Shown here: positions 17,148 to 27,231 of the stretch, piece by piece
Numbering within the stretch: the first letter of the stretch is position 1
Layout: every line of letters starts with the position of its first letter
From: Bacteroidales bacterium UBA5349
Lineage (GTDB): Bacteria > Bacteroidota > Bacteroidia > Bacteroidales > Tenuifilaceae
DNA length: 64,000 nucleotides
Direction of reading: 5' to 3'
NCBI GenBank assembly: GCA_002410065.1
Contig: DHQB01000009.1
Span: 229,195 to 293,194, forward strand
Notes under the pieces: generated by a model
Databases searched by the model: none
Told to the model about the DNA's origin: nothing
The model's input: only the letters and a program-made list of their open reading frames with translations
Position numbers and translations under genes: made by a program

Positions 17148-19523
17148 TTAGTTAAACATATAGGATAGTCCTATGGTAAAGTTTCTTCCCATTTGGGGGC
17201 TATAGGGCATACTATAATCTAAATTTGGGTAAACGAAACCGCTATACTTTTCGTTCAGAATATTTTTACCCTTAATCGTTATCATTAGGTTATCATCCAA
17301 GGTAATATTGGATGAAATATCGAGCGTAAAGAATCCATCGACATCAGAGAAAAGTTTGGAGTAGAGGGATTCAAAGGGAATAAGCACCCTAAGCCATTTG
17401 GTCATCCAAACCATATCCGTCCTTATGGAAAAGTTTTTGTGTGGCTGGGCCCATAAGCTTAATTGTCCCATATGCCTTGGCATTAGCTGTATGTTCGAAA
17501 CAATAAACTCAACAAGTTCAGGGGCCTCTTCAGATTGGCGTGAGAGCGAAAGGTTAAGTTCACCGTGCATTTGGTACTTTTCCACAATATTGTTTAAGCG
17601 CATGCTGGCTTGAAACCCGTAAAGCCTCGAAACGGCCTTGGATGAATTTATGAATTTTGAGGCCCACAAACTATCGTTAGCAGCCGTAGCAAGAGGATAT
17701 TTAGCCAAATCAATGGGAACTTTAGTATTTACTATCGGATTGGTTATTTCATTAAAAAAGCCCGATAGGTTTGCTGTAAAGTTTTTCCCAACTTTAAGAA
17801 TAAGGCCTAATTCCAAAGATTTGTAACCCTCTGGTTTTAACGAAGAATTTGGTAGGGTTACGTATTTAATCCTGCTGGGTTCACTCACTGGTACATAAGC
17901 AAACGATCTGTATGTCATTGAAGTTGGAGGAACTTTGTAGGCCAACCCGAACGATGTAAGCCCTGATAATCTTTTGTTTAGCTTGTATTGAAGGGCTACC
18001 CTAGGATTAAAACTAGAGCCATATAACGAGTTAACATCATATCTAGTACCAACAATAAAGTTAAACTTACGGTATGTGGCAAAACCCTGAGCAAATGCAG
18101 ATATGTTGTGTTGGCTAACTGGGTTATAGCCAAATTGGCCCATAATACCTTGTGACGGAAACTGTGAATCGTTAAATGGTTTGTACCATTTGCTGCTAAA
18201 AGGGGTTTCGAGATAGTTGGTAAGCGGCAGATTATCTGATATTTGATAACTTCCTCCAACCACAATCTCTGAATTGCGAGTGGGGTTAATACTGAAAAAA
18301 TGTTCAGCCAGTATATCTAGCGATTGTGAGTAAAGGTAAGCCCTATCTGTTCTAAAATGGGTAAGACCCATACTAGAGGTATTATCCATTGAGTAGGAGA
18401 GAGCAGAAATGTTAGTTGAAGTTGAAAAACCTCTAATATCATAGGAATATGATAACGAAAACTGTTGGATTTTATCGGCCCAATAGTTCTGGGGATTGTC
18501 GAATCTACAGTACAATGGACTTAAGCCAAATGAGCTGTGTGTTTTTCTGTACATGGTATTGTAGGTAAACCCAACTCCCCTAAATTTCAAATTAGCTCCA
18601 ATTAAATGGCCAGATGATGCTGTTACCTCGTATAGAGGTTTGCTAAGCGAACCCTGATACGATAAACCATAGTGCTGCTCAATAAACTCCTGCTCGCTTA
18701 TGCCATTATTGTTTAGTATTTCGGGGGTAATATCTATTGGATTGTACAATGTACCGTTTAAATCAACCTTTATACCTTGTTGTTGCATTAAAATCAAGGG
18801 ATTATAGGTTTGGGAATAACCTCTAAAGATATCTATATTAGGATGTTCCATCTTGTTAGCGTAAACAGTGTACTCCAAAATATTTCTGTTTTTGCCCGCT
18901 TTACCACCAACAGTAAAATTTGCGTAGTTATAATTTCCTTCGCCAACAAAAATATCTGCGCGTACAAAAGTTCCCTTAGTTGCCTCCTTTAGAATTATGT
19001 TGATAACGCCCGTTACAGCATCGGCACCATAAACGGCTGCAGCGGGCCCATAAATTACCTCTATGCGCTCTGCCTGCCTTATTGGGAGTTGGTGCGCTAT
19101 GGGCATGCCAGCAACTACCGATGGCTTAATGGGAATATTATTTATTAGAATTTTGGCATATTGATTGCCCGGGAGTCCACGAATTTGAAAACTTTCACCA
19201 TATTCTCCAGTACCCGGTTGTGAAACTCGCATTCCTGGCAAGCTCTTAAGTGCATCTGTAAGGGTGGTATACCCATTCTTTACTATTTCCTCATGGGTAA
19301 TAACGTAAATTTGAAATGGTAGATCGGTTATGTATTGTGCGCTTCTACTTACCGAAACAATCTTTACAGCACCAGTATCAACAGTTGTAGCCACATTTGA
19401 TGCATCAAGAGAGAAAGATCTTATTATCGAGTGATTAAGACTATCCCGTTTTTCCTGTGCCATCAAATAAGTTGCTGAAGACAGCACACCAACAAGTACT
19501 AATATTTTAATAAATCTGGTCAT
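17148..19523 (-). CDS. TonB-dependent outer-membrane receptor
   Basis: Signal peptide, a plug region (TLTDALKSLPGMRVSQ, FQIRG, ILINNIP, IERIEVIYGPAAAVYGADAVTGVINII), and a ~600-aa beta-rich barrel. The stop is 6 nt before the start of the downstream PP2C gene. Confidence 0.85.
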   Translation of the reverse strand: MTRFIKILVLVGVLSSATYLMAQEKRDSLNHSIIRSFSLDASNVATTVDTGAVKIVSVSRSAQYITDLPFQIYVITHEEIVKNGYTTLTDALKSLPGMRVSQPGTGEYGESFQIRGLPGNQYAKILINNIPIKPSVVAGMPIAHQLPIRQAERIEVIYGPAAAVYGADAVTGVINIILKEATKGTFVRADIFVGEGNYNYANFTVGGKAGKNRNILEYTVYANKMEHPNIDIFRGYSQTYNPLILMQQQGIKVDLNGTLYNPIDITPEILNNNGISEQEFIEQHYGLSYQGSLSKPLYEVTASSGHLIGANLKFRGVGFTYNTMYRKTHSSFGLSPLYCRFDNPQNYWADKIQQFSLSYSYDIRGFSTSTNISALSYSMDNTSSMGLTHFRTDRAYLYSQSLDILAEHFFSINPTRNSEIVVGGSYQISDNLPLTNYLETPFSSKWYKPFNDSQFPSQGIMGQFGYNPVSQHNISAFAQGFATYRKFNFIVGTRYDVNSLYGSSFNPRVALQYKLNKRLSGLTSFGLAYKVPPTSMTYRSFAYVPVSEPSRIKYVTLPNSSLKPEGYKSLELGLILKVGKNFTANLSGFFNEITNPIVNTKVPIDLAKYPLATAANDSLWASKFINSSKAVSRLYGFQASMRLNNIVEKYQMHGELNLSLSRQSEEAPELVEFIVSNIQLMPRHMGQLSLWAQPHKNFSIRTDMVWMTKWLRVLIPFESLYSKLFSDVDGFFTLDISSNITLDDNLMITIKGKNILNEKYSGFVYPNLDYSMPYSPQMGRNFTIGLSYMFN

Positions 19524-19670
19524 AAGGATTATAAATGCTGATGCAAGATATTAAAAAAAATACCTGATACATTAAAATTTCATGATTTATCTGGATGCAG
19601 ATAAAAGTAGCAAAAATTTCAAAAGCACTATCTTTTCTGTACTTTTGCAATTATCACAACACTTTTTTAA

Positions 19671-20357
19671 ATGGAACATGTAACCCTAAACCCAGCAATT
19701 GAGCAGTCTTGGAAAGAGGTATTAAAGGATGAGTTTAATAAAGAATACTTTTCTAAGCTAAAGGAGTTTCTTGTTGAAGAAAAAAAACAAAGCATTGTAT
19801 ATCCCCCTGGTAACCTAATTTTCAACGCTTTTAATCATACTCCTTTTAACCAAGTTAAGATTGTTATGCTTGGTCAGGATCCATACCATGGACCAAATCA
19901 AGCGCATGGCTTATGCTTTTCTGTTCCAAAGGGTGTAGCTGTTCCGCCATCGCTAGTAAACATTTTTAAAGAGATTAACAGTGATTTGGGGCTGCCCATA
20001 CCTTTACATGGGAATTTAGAGAAATGGGCAAAACAAGGCGTTTTATTGCTTAATGCAACGCTTACGGTTAGGGCTCATCAGGCAGGCTCGCATCAAAAGA
20101 GAGGATGGGAGCAATTTACTGATGCAGCAATTGTAAAACTCTCAGAGCAAAGACAAAATATAATATTTATGCTTTGGGGAGCCTACGCACAGGCTAAAGC
20201 TAACTTAATTGATAACCAAAAGCATCATATACTCATGGCTCCGCACCCTTCACCACTGTCGGCCCATCGGGGATTTTTTGGGTGCAAGCATTTTTCTAAA
20301 GCCAATAAAACATTGAATGATAATGCAATGGGGGGCATTGAATGGAGTATTGATTAA
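19671..20357 (+). CDS. ung: Uracil-DNA glycosylase
   Basis: Family-1 UDG motifs: LGQDPYHGPNQAHGL, LLLNATLTV, APHPSPLSA. Confidence 0.93.
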   Translation: MEHVTLNPAIEQSWKEVLKDEFNKEYFSKLKEFLVEEKKQSIVYPPGNLIFNAFNHTPFNQVKIVMLGQDPYHGPNQAHGLCFSVPKGVAVPPSLVNIFKEINSDLGLPIPLHGNLEKWAKQGVLLLNATLTVRAHQAGSHQKRGWEQFTDAAIVKLSEQRQNIIFMLWGAYAQAKANLIDNQKHHILMAPHPSPLSAHRGFFGCKHFSKANKTLNDNAMGGIEWSID

Positions 20358-20393
20358 ACTATTAAAATGATTAAATATCATTTAAACTAAAAT

Positions 20394-21527
20394 ATGAGAA
20401 TAGTAGCCGACATAGATATTCCCTACCTTAATGGTGTGTTCGAGCCATTTTCAAAAGAGGTAAAGTATTTTAAGGGTAGAGATATTGGGCAGAGTCAGAT
20501 TAAGGATGCTGATATTCTTATTGTAAGAACTAGAACTATCTGCAATAAAGAGCTGTTGAGGGGCTCTAATGTTTCTGTTATTGCCACTGCAACAATAGGG
20601 ACCGATCATATTGATATGGAATACTGCAATGCAAAAGGCATTAAAGTTTATAGCGCTCCGGGTTGCAATGCTGGCGGGGTTGTTCAGTGGGTGCTATCGG
20701 CAATCTTCTCCCTGTTAAAAAAGGCGGATTATACCGATTTAAACTCCTTAACACTAGGTATAATTGGGGTTGGAAACATTGGTCAACGTTTAGCTGTATC
20801 TGCAAAAGCGCTAGGTTTTAATGTTTTACAGTGCGATCCTCCAAGAGAAGAAGCAGAAGGTAGTCGCCATTTTGTATCCCTTAATCAGATTGCTAGCCAA
20901 AGCGATATAGTATCGCTGCATGTTCCGTTGACGTTTAAAGGCAGCTCTAAAACCCACCAAATGATAAGCGGTGAGTTTTTATCGAAATTAAAACCAAATA
21001 CAATATTGCTGAATAGCTCTAGGGGCGGGGTTATTAATGAAAATCAGTTAGTAAAACAACTATTATCTAAAAACTTATTGGTTGGCCTAGATGTGTGGGA
21101 GAATGAACCTCATTTAAATGCAGAACTTCTAAGAAAAGTTAATATTGCAACTCCCCACATAGCAGGCTATAGTCTTGAGGGTAAAGTTAATGCTACCCGA
21201 TTGGTTGTTGAATCACTATCCACACATTTTGGGTTAAATATCATCAGCACTGATTTAGGTAGATCTGATATTAAAGAGAAATATAAGATAATCATCGACA
21301 AGTATTTGTATAACAATACAATATGTTACAATGAATTATTCAATTTTATTTATTCAATACAAGATGATAGTAAAGAGTTTAAGGAATATCCTGAAAATTT
21401 TGAGCTAATTCGGAATAACTACAGTCTACGCAGGGAGTATAGTGCTTACACTATATTGAGTAATGGACTAAACGGGATTATGATAGATTGGGAGGAAATA
21501 GGTTTTTTTAGTACTAATAACCTATAA
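20394..21527 (+). CDS. pdxB: 4-phosphoerythronate dehydrogenase
   Basis: A D-2-hydroxyacid dehydrogenase fold (GIIGVGNIGQRL) with a PdxB-type N-terminus (ATATIGTDHID, SAPGCNAGGVVQWV) and the extra C-terminal domain. It is ~377 aa, like PdxB. Confidence 0.8.
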   Translation: MRIVADIDIPYLNGVFEPFSKEVKYFKGRDIGQSQIKDADILIVRTRTICNKELLRGSNVSVIATATIGTDHIDMEYCNAKGIKVYSAPGCNAGGVVQWVLSAIFSLLKKADYTDLNSLTLGIIGVGNIGQRLAVSAKALGFNVLQCDPPREEAEGSRHFVSLNQIASQSDIVSLHVPLTFKGSSKTHQMISGEFLSKLKPNTILLNSSRGGVINENQLVKQLLSKNLLVGLDVWENEPHLNAELLRKVNIATPHIAGYSLEGKVNATRLVVESLSTHFGLNIISTDLGRSDIKEKYKIIIDKYLYNNTICYNELFNFIYSIQDDSKEFKEYPENFELIRNNYSLRREYSAYTILSNGLNGIMIDWEEIGFFSTNNL

Positions 21528-21972
21528 ACCAAAAGTTTCTCTCTTCATTAATACATCTGTCAACTAAGGCTATAATATCTCTATTTATAACTACAAGCCT
21601 TCTGAGGTAAAACTTCCAGCATTGCTCCCATAAAGGATCAACTTTAGTGAGTTCACGAATTAGATCCTTTCCAAGAAATATGCTCGTTACATACTTTTTA
21701 AACTCATCAATATTTTCAATCAGAACAAGCTTGCCAAGGTTGGCATCCAACTCGTTCCTAAGTGGTATTATTTTTCGGGTATTGAATAGCGCTGAGTCAA
21801 GAGCATCAAAAAGGTGATTACTCCGCTCAAAGCATCCTGCATAAATGTTGAAAACATTTGCATTTAGGAATAGCGATTCATCATCGCACTTATTGTATGT
21901 CTCGCTAGTACCTGTTATGTTGAATTCAACAAAGTCAATACATTCGTTCTTGGTTATTAACCCAAGCTTCAT
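21514..21972 (-). CDS. Hypothetical protein (152 aa, no recognisable motif)
   Basis: A clean ORF 70 nt downstream of the ABC gene on the same strand. Its 3' end overlaps the pdxB 3' end by 14 nt (convergent). Confidence 0.55.
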   Translation of the reverse strand: MKLGLITKNECIDFVEFNITGTSETYNKCDDESLFLNANVFNIYAGCFERSNHLFDALDSALFNTRKIIPLRNELDANLGKLVLIENIDEFKKYVTSIFLGKDLIRELTKVDPLWEQCWKFYLRRLVVINRDIIALVDRCINEERNFWFIGY

Positions 21973-22042
21973 AGTTAATAAAATTAATTAAGTAAAATTA
22001 GTAATTAAAGTGCTAACACACAACAACCGATAAAAAAGAGTT

Positions 22043-25000
22043 CTATTTTGGAATATACCTTGCAATTCGCTTGGCCAATCTACGGAATTTAAACCGCTCA
22101 AGGTATTGATTTATTGCTCTTAGCATATTTGTTAATAGGGCAATGTAGAGCATAAATGTCATCATAAAAATAGTTAATGCATTAAACCAAACAGTATCAA
22201 TAAAGGTATTACCTATTCTTTTTGAGGGAGCAAAAAGGTGTGCTCTTCCAATCTTTGATGTGGGCAGAGCATGAGCTAGATTGTACTTTCTTATGATTCT
22301 GTGGGGATAAATGGCAATTTTCTCAATACTATTTCTTCCTAGCATAACTTCTTCCAAGGCGTTATTGTGATAATGTCTTTTTAAGGCATGCACATTCTCA
22401 ACGCTTCCTAAAATCTGGGTTAGTTCAACATAAATTGAATCCCTTTTTCTTATTGCATCTCGTTGTTTTTGCTGCAAAACTTGTCGAATATCTACAAGAA
22501 AATTTTCTATCTCTTCAATTTCCTCATGTGATACGAAAGTAGGATTGAACTCAAGATTTGCTGCTGCTTCACTGAATTGATTAAGGTATGGATATTCCAG
22601 TAAACGGGTAATTTCCTTGTTAACCAGATTTAGCTCGTTGCGTGTAACAGTTGTAATTTTTTGGTTATAAATGCTAATCGACGCTTCATGGATCTTAGTT
22701 TGAAGTCTGGGGATTAGCAAAAGCGTATAGTATCCATTATTACTAATATCCTGTTCAAATTCAAAAAAGTGTTGGTTAAACTTATTGTTCTTAAACTGAT
22801 TAACACACAGCGCCTCATACGACCATCGGGCTGGGTTAAAATCGCCCACAACGGGCACATACTCTGGGTGCCTAATGGAGTAGTGAAGCTTATCGTAGTT
22901 TACTACAACACCACTTAGTAGAAGCATTGGAATAATAATTAGCGGAATGGTTATGTATATACTTACTATAGAGTTTAATGCAGCCGAAATATTTAAACCG
23001 ATAAGATTTCCGCAAAGTGCTGTTAAGAAGAGTATTAACCATTGACTAAAAAATAGTCCATTTATCTCTAGTACATGGCTTCCTATAGCAACAAAAAACA
23101 GGGTTTGTAAAGCCGAAAAAAGGCCAAGTGTTAAAACCTTAGAGTTGATGTAGCTGAAATAGCTAAGATTAAGGAATTTTTCTCGTTGTCGTACCTTCTT
23201 ATCTCTAATTATCTCTTCGGCACTAATGGTGAGCCCCATAAAAAGAGATGCAATTACGCTCATAAACAGATAACTTGGTATATTATCGTTTAGACTAAAG
23301 ATATACTCATTGGGATTATTTAGCGTTCCGCTAATGTATTTAGAGAAGAAGCCCAGGAGTAGAGCTAGCAGCGGTGCCTCTATCAGAGCAATTAGCATAA
23401 ATTGTCTGTTTGCTAGCTTGCTTAGCACGTTTCTGCGAAAGAACAGTTTACTCTGCTGCCATCTGTTAGGAGTGCTAAAGTTATTTGCAGGTAGGCTATG
23501 CTTGTCTAGGTGTGATTTTGGAAGTATTTTAGGTTGAATTTTCTTTAAATATAGCTCGTACCATTCAGAAGCCGAACGTTTTCTCTTTCGGGTAAGTTTA
23601 CCGTATTCGTTCACAACCCTCGATTCAACCACCCTTAATATCTGCTCAGTATTCACATTTCCACAGCATAAGCACTCACTCTCATCGGCCTTTAAGAACT
23701 GTCCTTCATGTCTAAAGTAAACAATCGCATCCATTGGGTTTCCTTGGAATATGGCTCTTCCGCCTTGATCCATAACCACAATCTTATCGAATAGTTTATA
23801 AATATCTGATGAAGGCTGATGAACATTGGCTATAACCACTTTACCCTTAAATGTTTGTCTTTTAAGCATTAGGATAATCCGTTCCGAATCGAAGGAGGAG
23901 AGACCTGAGGTTGGCTCGTCCACAAAAAGGATGGCAGGCTCACGGATTAGCTCCATTGCAATGTTTAACCTTTTCCGTTGCCCACCGCTAATAAACTTGT
24001 TTAATGGGTTACCTACTTTTAGATTACGTGCTTCTATCAAATCAAAATCTTTAAGCGTTTCGTCTATAAGTTCCTCTATTTCTTTCTCACTCTTTTTGCT
24101 AAAGCAAAACTTTGCTCCAAAGTATAAATTTTGGTAAACGGTTAAATCCTCTACCAATAAATCATCTTGTGGAACATATCCTATGACTTTTTTTAATGAA
24201 TTTTTATTGTCCTGTAAACAATGGCCATTAATAAGTATTCTTCCGCCATAGGGTTTTAAGTTACCATTCAGCAAGTTTATCAGCGTTGATTTCCCCACAC
24301 CGCTCCCCCCCATAATTGCTATAAACTGCCCCGAGTAAGCATCAAAAGTAAAGGGGTAAATACCATCCTTGCTTCCTTTATGCTTATACTCAATTTCTTC
24401 GGCAGTTATCCTAATGTTTGTCTTACTCCACGACTGAAAGAATGTGCCTGCTATAAAGCTAAAGTAAATAGGCTTAATCCTAGGGCTCCTAATAACACCT
24501 CCTGCTCCAAAAATATAGGTGCGTCCAGGGTTTAAAATCTTGCTATTCAGGAAAATATCGCTATCCCCAAAATATTTCACCAACAATATGTTTGTGCTTG
24601 GGATGTGAAGAAAAAATACTACTCCCTGTAAATTAGCATGCTTAAATTGATGAATTTTGTTGCTTGTTTGCAGATTTGAATCACCATAATAAGCTATTAC
24701 CTGCGGATTCTCAGGTATTTCTTCAGGGGTAGTGGCTATTATAAATTTTTTACCATTGGAGTATTCCTCCTCTGGCATATATAACATGCTTGCAATGTGT
24801 TTAATAAGATCGAACTCCTGAAGTGAAAGATATCCTGTATCTGAAACAAACTCTATGAGTTGAAGTATGATCCAGACCTTTTGATGCTGTTCAAATTCCG
24901 TATTTATTGAATCGCATATTTTATCAATATTATCAAAAGACAAACTTTGATTTATCCCTTTTTCCTTTTTTAACTTCTTTTCGGTTTTAACCAGTCCTAT

Positions 25001-25153
25001 ATCGATTAAATATTGATCAATTTGATCGCTACTAAACTCAACCTTTAAGAATTTTGCAATTACCTTTAAAGCAGGCTCAGAAATTTCGCCTGTTTCTGAA
25101 TTGACAATGATTGCAAAAAGATGAATTAAGGACTTAAGCAACGATTCGTTCAT
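22043..25153 (-). CDS. Large ABC transporter, fused ATPase + ABC-2-type permease (ABCG-like half transporter) with N- and C-terminal extensions
   Basis: Walker A is MGGSGVGKSTL, the signature is ISGGQRKRLNIA, and Walker B is ILFVDEPTSGLS. Six hydrophobic helices follow. About 260 aa precede the ATPase. About 270 aa follow the permease and end in one more TM helix. Confidence 0.85.
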   Translation of the reverse strand: MNESLLKSLIHLFAIIVNSETGEISEPALKVIAKFLKVEFSSDQIDQYLIDIGLVKTEKKLKKEKGINQSLSFDNIDKICDSINTEFEQHQKVWIILQLIEFVSDTGYLSLQEFDLIKHIASMLYMPEEEYSNGKKFIIATTPEEIPENPQVIAYYGDSNLQTSNKIHQFKHANLQGVVFFLHIPSTNILLVKYFGDSDIFLNSKILNPGRTYIFGAGGVIRSPRIKPIYFSFIAGTFFQSWSKTNIRITAEEIEYKHKGSKDGIYPFTFDAYSGQFIAIMGGSGVGKSTLINLLNGNLKPYGGRILINGHCLQDNKNSLKKVIGYVPQDDLLVEDLTVYQNLYFGAKFCFSKKSEKEIEELIDETLKDFDLIEARNLKVGNPLNKFISGGQRKRLNIAMELIREPAILFVDEPTSGLSSFDSERIILMLKRQTFKGKVVIANVHQPSSDIYKLFDKIVVMDQGGRAIFQGNPMDAIVYFRHEGQFLKADESECLCCGNVNTEQILRVVESRVVNEYGKLTRKRKRSASEWYELYLKKIQPKILPKSHLDKHSLPANNFSTPNRWQQSKLFFRRNVLSKLANRQFMLIALIEAPLLALLLGFFSKYISGTLNNPNEYIFSLNDNIPSYLFMSVIASLFMGLTISAEEIIRDKKVRQREKFLNLSYFSYINSKVLTLGLFSALQTLFFVAIGSHVLEINGLFFSQWLILFLTALCGNLIGLNISAALNSIVSIYITIPLIIIPMLLLSGVVVNYDKLHYSIRHPEYVPVVGDFNPARWSYEALCVNQFKNNKFNQHFFEFEQDISNNGYYTLLLIPRLQTKIHEASISIYNQKITTVTRNELNLVNKEITRLLEYPYLNQFSEAAANLEFNPTFVSHEEIEEIENFLVDIRQVLQQKQRDAIRKRDSIYVELTQILGSVENVHALKRHYHNNALEEVMLGRNSIEKIAIYPHRIIRKYNLAHALPTSKIGRAHLFAPSKRIGNTFIDTVWFNALTIFMMTFMLYIALLTNMLRAINQYLERFKFRRLAKRIARYIPK

Positions 25154-25715
25154 GAAGCATTAAGATTAGAATGATAAAAAGTATTAAATGAACTAATTAG
25201 TATCTCAACAAAGGTTCCTTCAAAAGAGAATATGGTAGGAGTAAAGTTGAGAACTGTTACTTTGATTTTTGCTAAGTTAACAAAGTTTAACACTGGTAAA
25301 ATTACAAAAGATATTAGCAAAATAACTAAAAAGTAGTTTCTTAGTTATAACAATGTTAGAGGCAATCACTCACTCTATAATACATTATAACATTCTCCAT
25401 ACTTCAGGTATATATCGTATTTTTAAAGACAAAGAAGTGATTATAGTATAAATTTATGCCAAAAAAGTTTTGTTATTTAAATAACATTCCAACCTTTATA
25501 GGTCATTATAATTCAGTATCATTTGCTTTATGCTCATGCTCAACATTGTATAACATTTAGTGCAAATGGTTAAAATAAATGAGTTTTATCACATAAGTTT
25601 CCGCCAATTTTTTTTAGTTTTGTTTATGCTTAAATTAAGCAGAACACCTTTTTTATCGAAAGCAAATATTAATAACAAACTATAGTGTAACATAATTCTA
25701 TTTGGAGGAAAAGTT

Positions 25716-26333
25716 ATGCAGAACAAGCTTCAAGAACTCACTGAGAAAATTTACAATGAGGGCTTAACAAAAGGAACAGAGGAGGCTAATCTATTGGTGA
25801 ATAAGGCCAAAGAGGATGCTTCAAAAATTATTGCCGATGCTAAAAAGCATGCAGAACAAATTGTTGCTCAATCAAAAAAGGAGGCTGCGGATCTAAAAAA
25901 GAACGTTGAAACCGAGATTGGAATCTCTGCAAGACAGGTTGTTAGCGCCCTAAAGCAGGATATCTCTAAATTAATAGAGACTAAGATTATACAATCTCCG
26001 ATTACGGATGCACTTAAGGACACAGAATTTATTAAGAAAATGATTGAGACAGCCCTTAAGAATTGGAATCCTAACTCAACCGATCAGGTTACCCTTAAAG
26101 TATTGCTCCCTGCTGAAAAAGAAAAAGAGCTAAAAGAGTACCTTTCAAAAAAGGTAATGACTACTCTAAATCAGAACTTTGAGGTTGTTGCCGATAAGAA
26201 CCTTAAATATGGCTTTAAAATAGGCCCACAGGATGGTAGTTTCTTTATTAGTTTTTCTGATTTAGATTTCGAAAACTTATTTAGGGAGTATATGCGCCCT
26301 CGAATTATAGAAATGCTCTTTGGAGGGAAATAG
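25716..26333 (+). CDS. V-type ATP synthase subunit E
   Basis: A 205-aa protein with a K/E/A-rich helical N-terminus, typical of the V/A-ATPase stalk subunit E. It is the first gene of the operon. Confidence 0.75.
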   Translation: MQNKLQELTEKIYNEGLTKGTEEANLLVNKAKEDASKIIADAKKHAEQIVAQSKKEAADLKKNVETEIGISARQVVSALKQDISKLIETKIIQSPITDALKDTEFIKKMIETALKNWNPNSTDQVTLKVLLPAEKEKELKEYLSKKVMTTLNQNFEVVADKNLKYGFKIGPQDGSFFISFSDLDFENLFREYMRPRIIEMLFGGK

Positions 26334-26334
26334 C

Positions 26335-27201
26335 ATGGCGAGAGAGTACTACTATCTTATTGCTGGGTTACCCGACCTATTTATCGATCAGGATCGAAAG
26401 GATTTTAATTTCGTTAAGCTAAAAAACGAGATTAAGGAAAACATTCACCCTGATGATTATAAATTGGTTGAAACGCTATTTCTCGAATATGATAATGAGA
26501 ATTTCCTAAACTCCATTCTTAATCATAACCAGGAGTTTAGCCCTCTGGGCAAATTTCCACAGGATTTATTTAAGGAATTTGATGAAAATCTCAAAGAGTT
26601 TCCTGAGTACATCCAAAAGTTTTATAGTTCTATTAAGGGAAAGGATGATGAGACTGATGAGGAAGAACTTGATAATAACCTGCACTATTCCGATAAAGTA
26701 GAGAAGATTCCTGAGGTAAAATTTCAGGAGTTGTTTTATGCGTACGTAAAACGCTCAGAAAACCGCTTTTTAAAGGAATGGTTCAGTTTCCTTTTAGTGT
26801 ATAACAATATCCTTGCGGCAATAAATGCCCGCAAAAACGCTATTGATATAAGCCCTCAGTTGATTGGTGGCGGAGAACTCATTGAATCGTTATCTAGAAG
26901 CCAAGCAGCTGATTTTGGCCTAAAAAATGAAATCGAATTTCTTGATCCAATACTCCAAATTACAGAGCAAACCGATATTTTTGAGCGCGAGCGCCGCCTC
27001 GATATGCTTAAATGGAATATGGCCGACGAACTTACAACATTTGACTATTTCAATATCAATAAAATATTGGCTTTTCTAGTAAAAGCAGGTATAACTTACC
27101 GTTGGAGCAAACTCGACAGTAAAATAGGTGCCGAGATGTTTGATAAACTTGTTGCCGATATTCGGAAAACGTACGAGTTGCCCAAAGAATTTGAACAATA
27201 G
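26335..27201 (+). CDS. DUF2764-type protein (occupies the subunit C position of Bacteroidota V-ATPase operons)
   Basis: It lies between the E and A subunit genes and begins MAREYYYLIAGLPDL. The ATG at 26335 directly follows the E stop codon (26331-26333). The family name is from memory. Confidence 0.65.
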   Translation: MAREYYYLIAGLPDLFIDQDRKDFNFVKLKNEIKENIHPDDYKLVETLFLEYDNENFLNSILNHNQEFSPLGKFPQDLFKEFDENLKEFPEYIQKFYSSIKGKDDETDEEELDNNLHYSDKVEKIPEVKFQELFYAYVKRSENRFLKEWFSFLLVYNNILAAINARKNAIDISPQLIGGGELIESLSRSQAADFGLKNEIEFLDPILQITEQTDIFERERRLDMLKWNMADELTTFDYFNINKILAFLVKAGITYRWSKLDSKIGAEMFDKLVADIRKTYELPKEFEQ

Positions 27202-27231
27202 CAACGACATATTAAATCAAAATGTAAATAA

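Noticed and set aside
25698-25705. GGAGGA Shine-Dalgarno-like sequence before the V-ATPase E gene, as evidence against a Bacteroidota origin
   Set aside because: It is a single occurrence. Nearly all other starts in the window lack purine-rich SD sites and have A/T-rich leaders, so it does not change the taxonomic inference.
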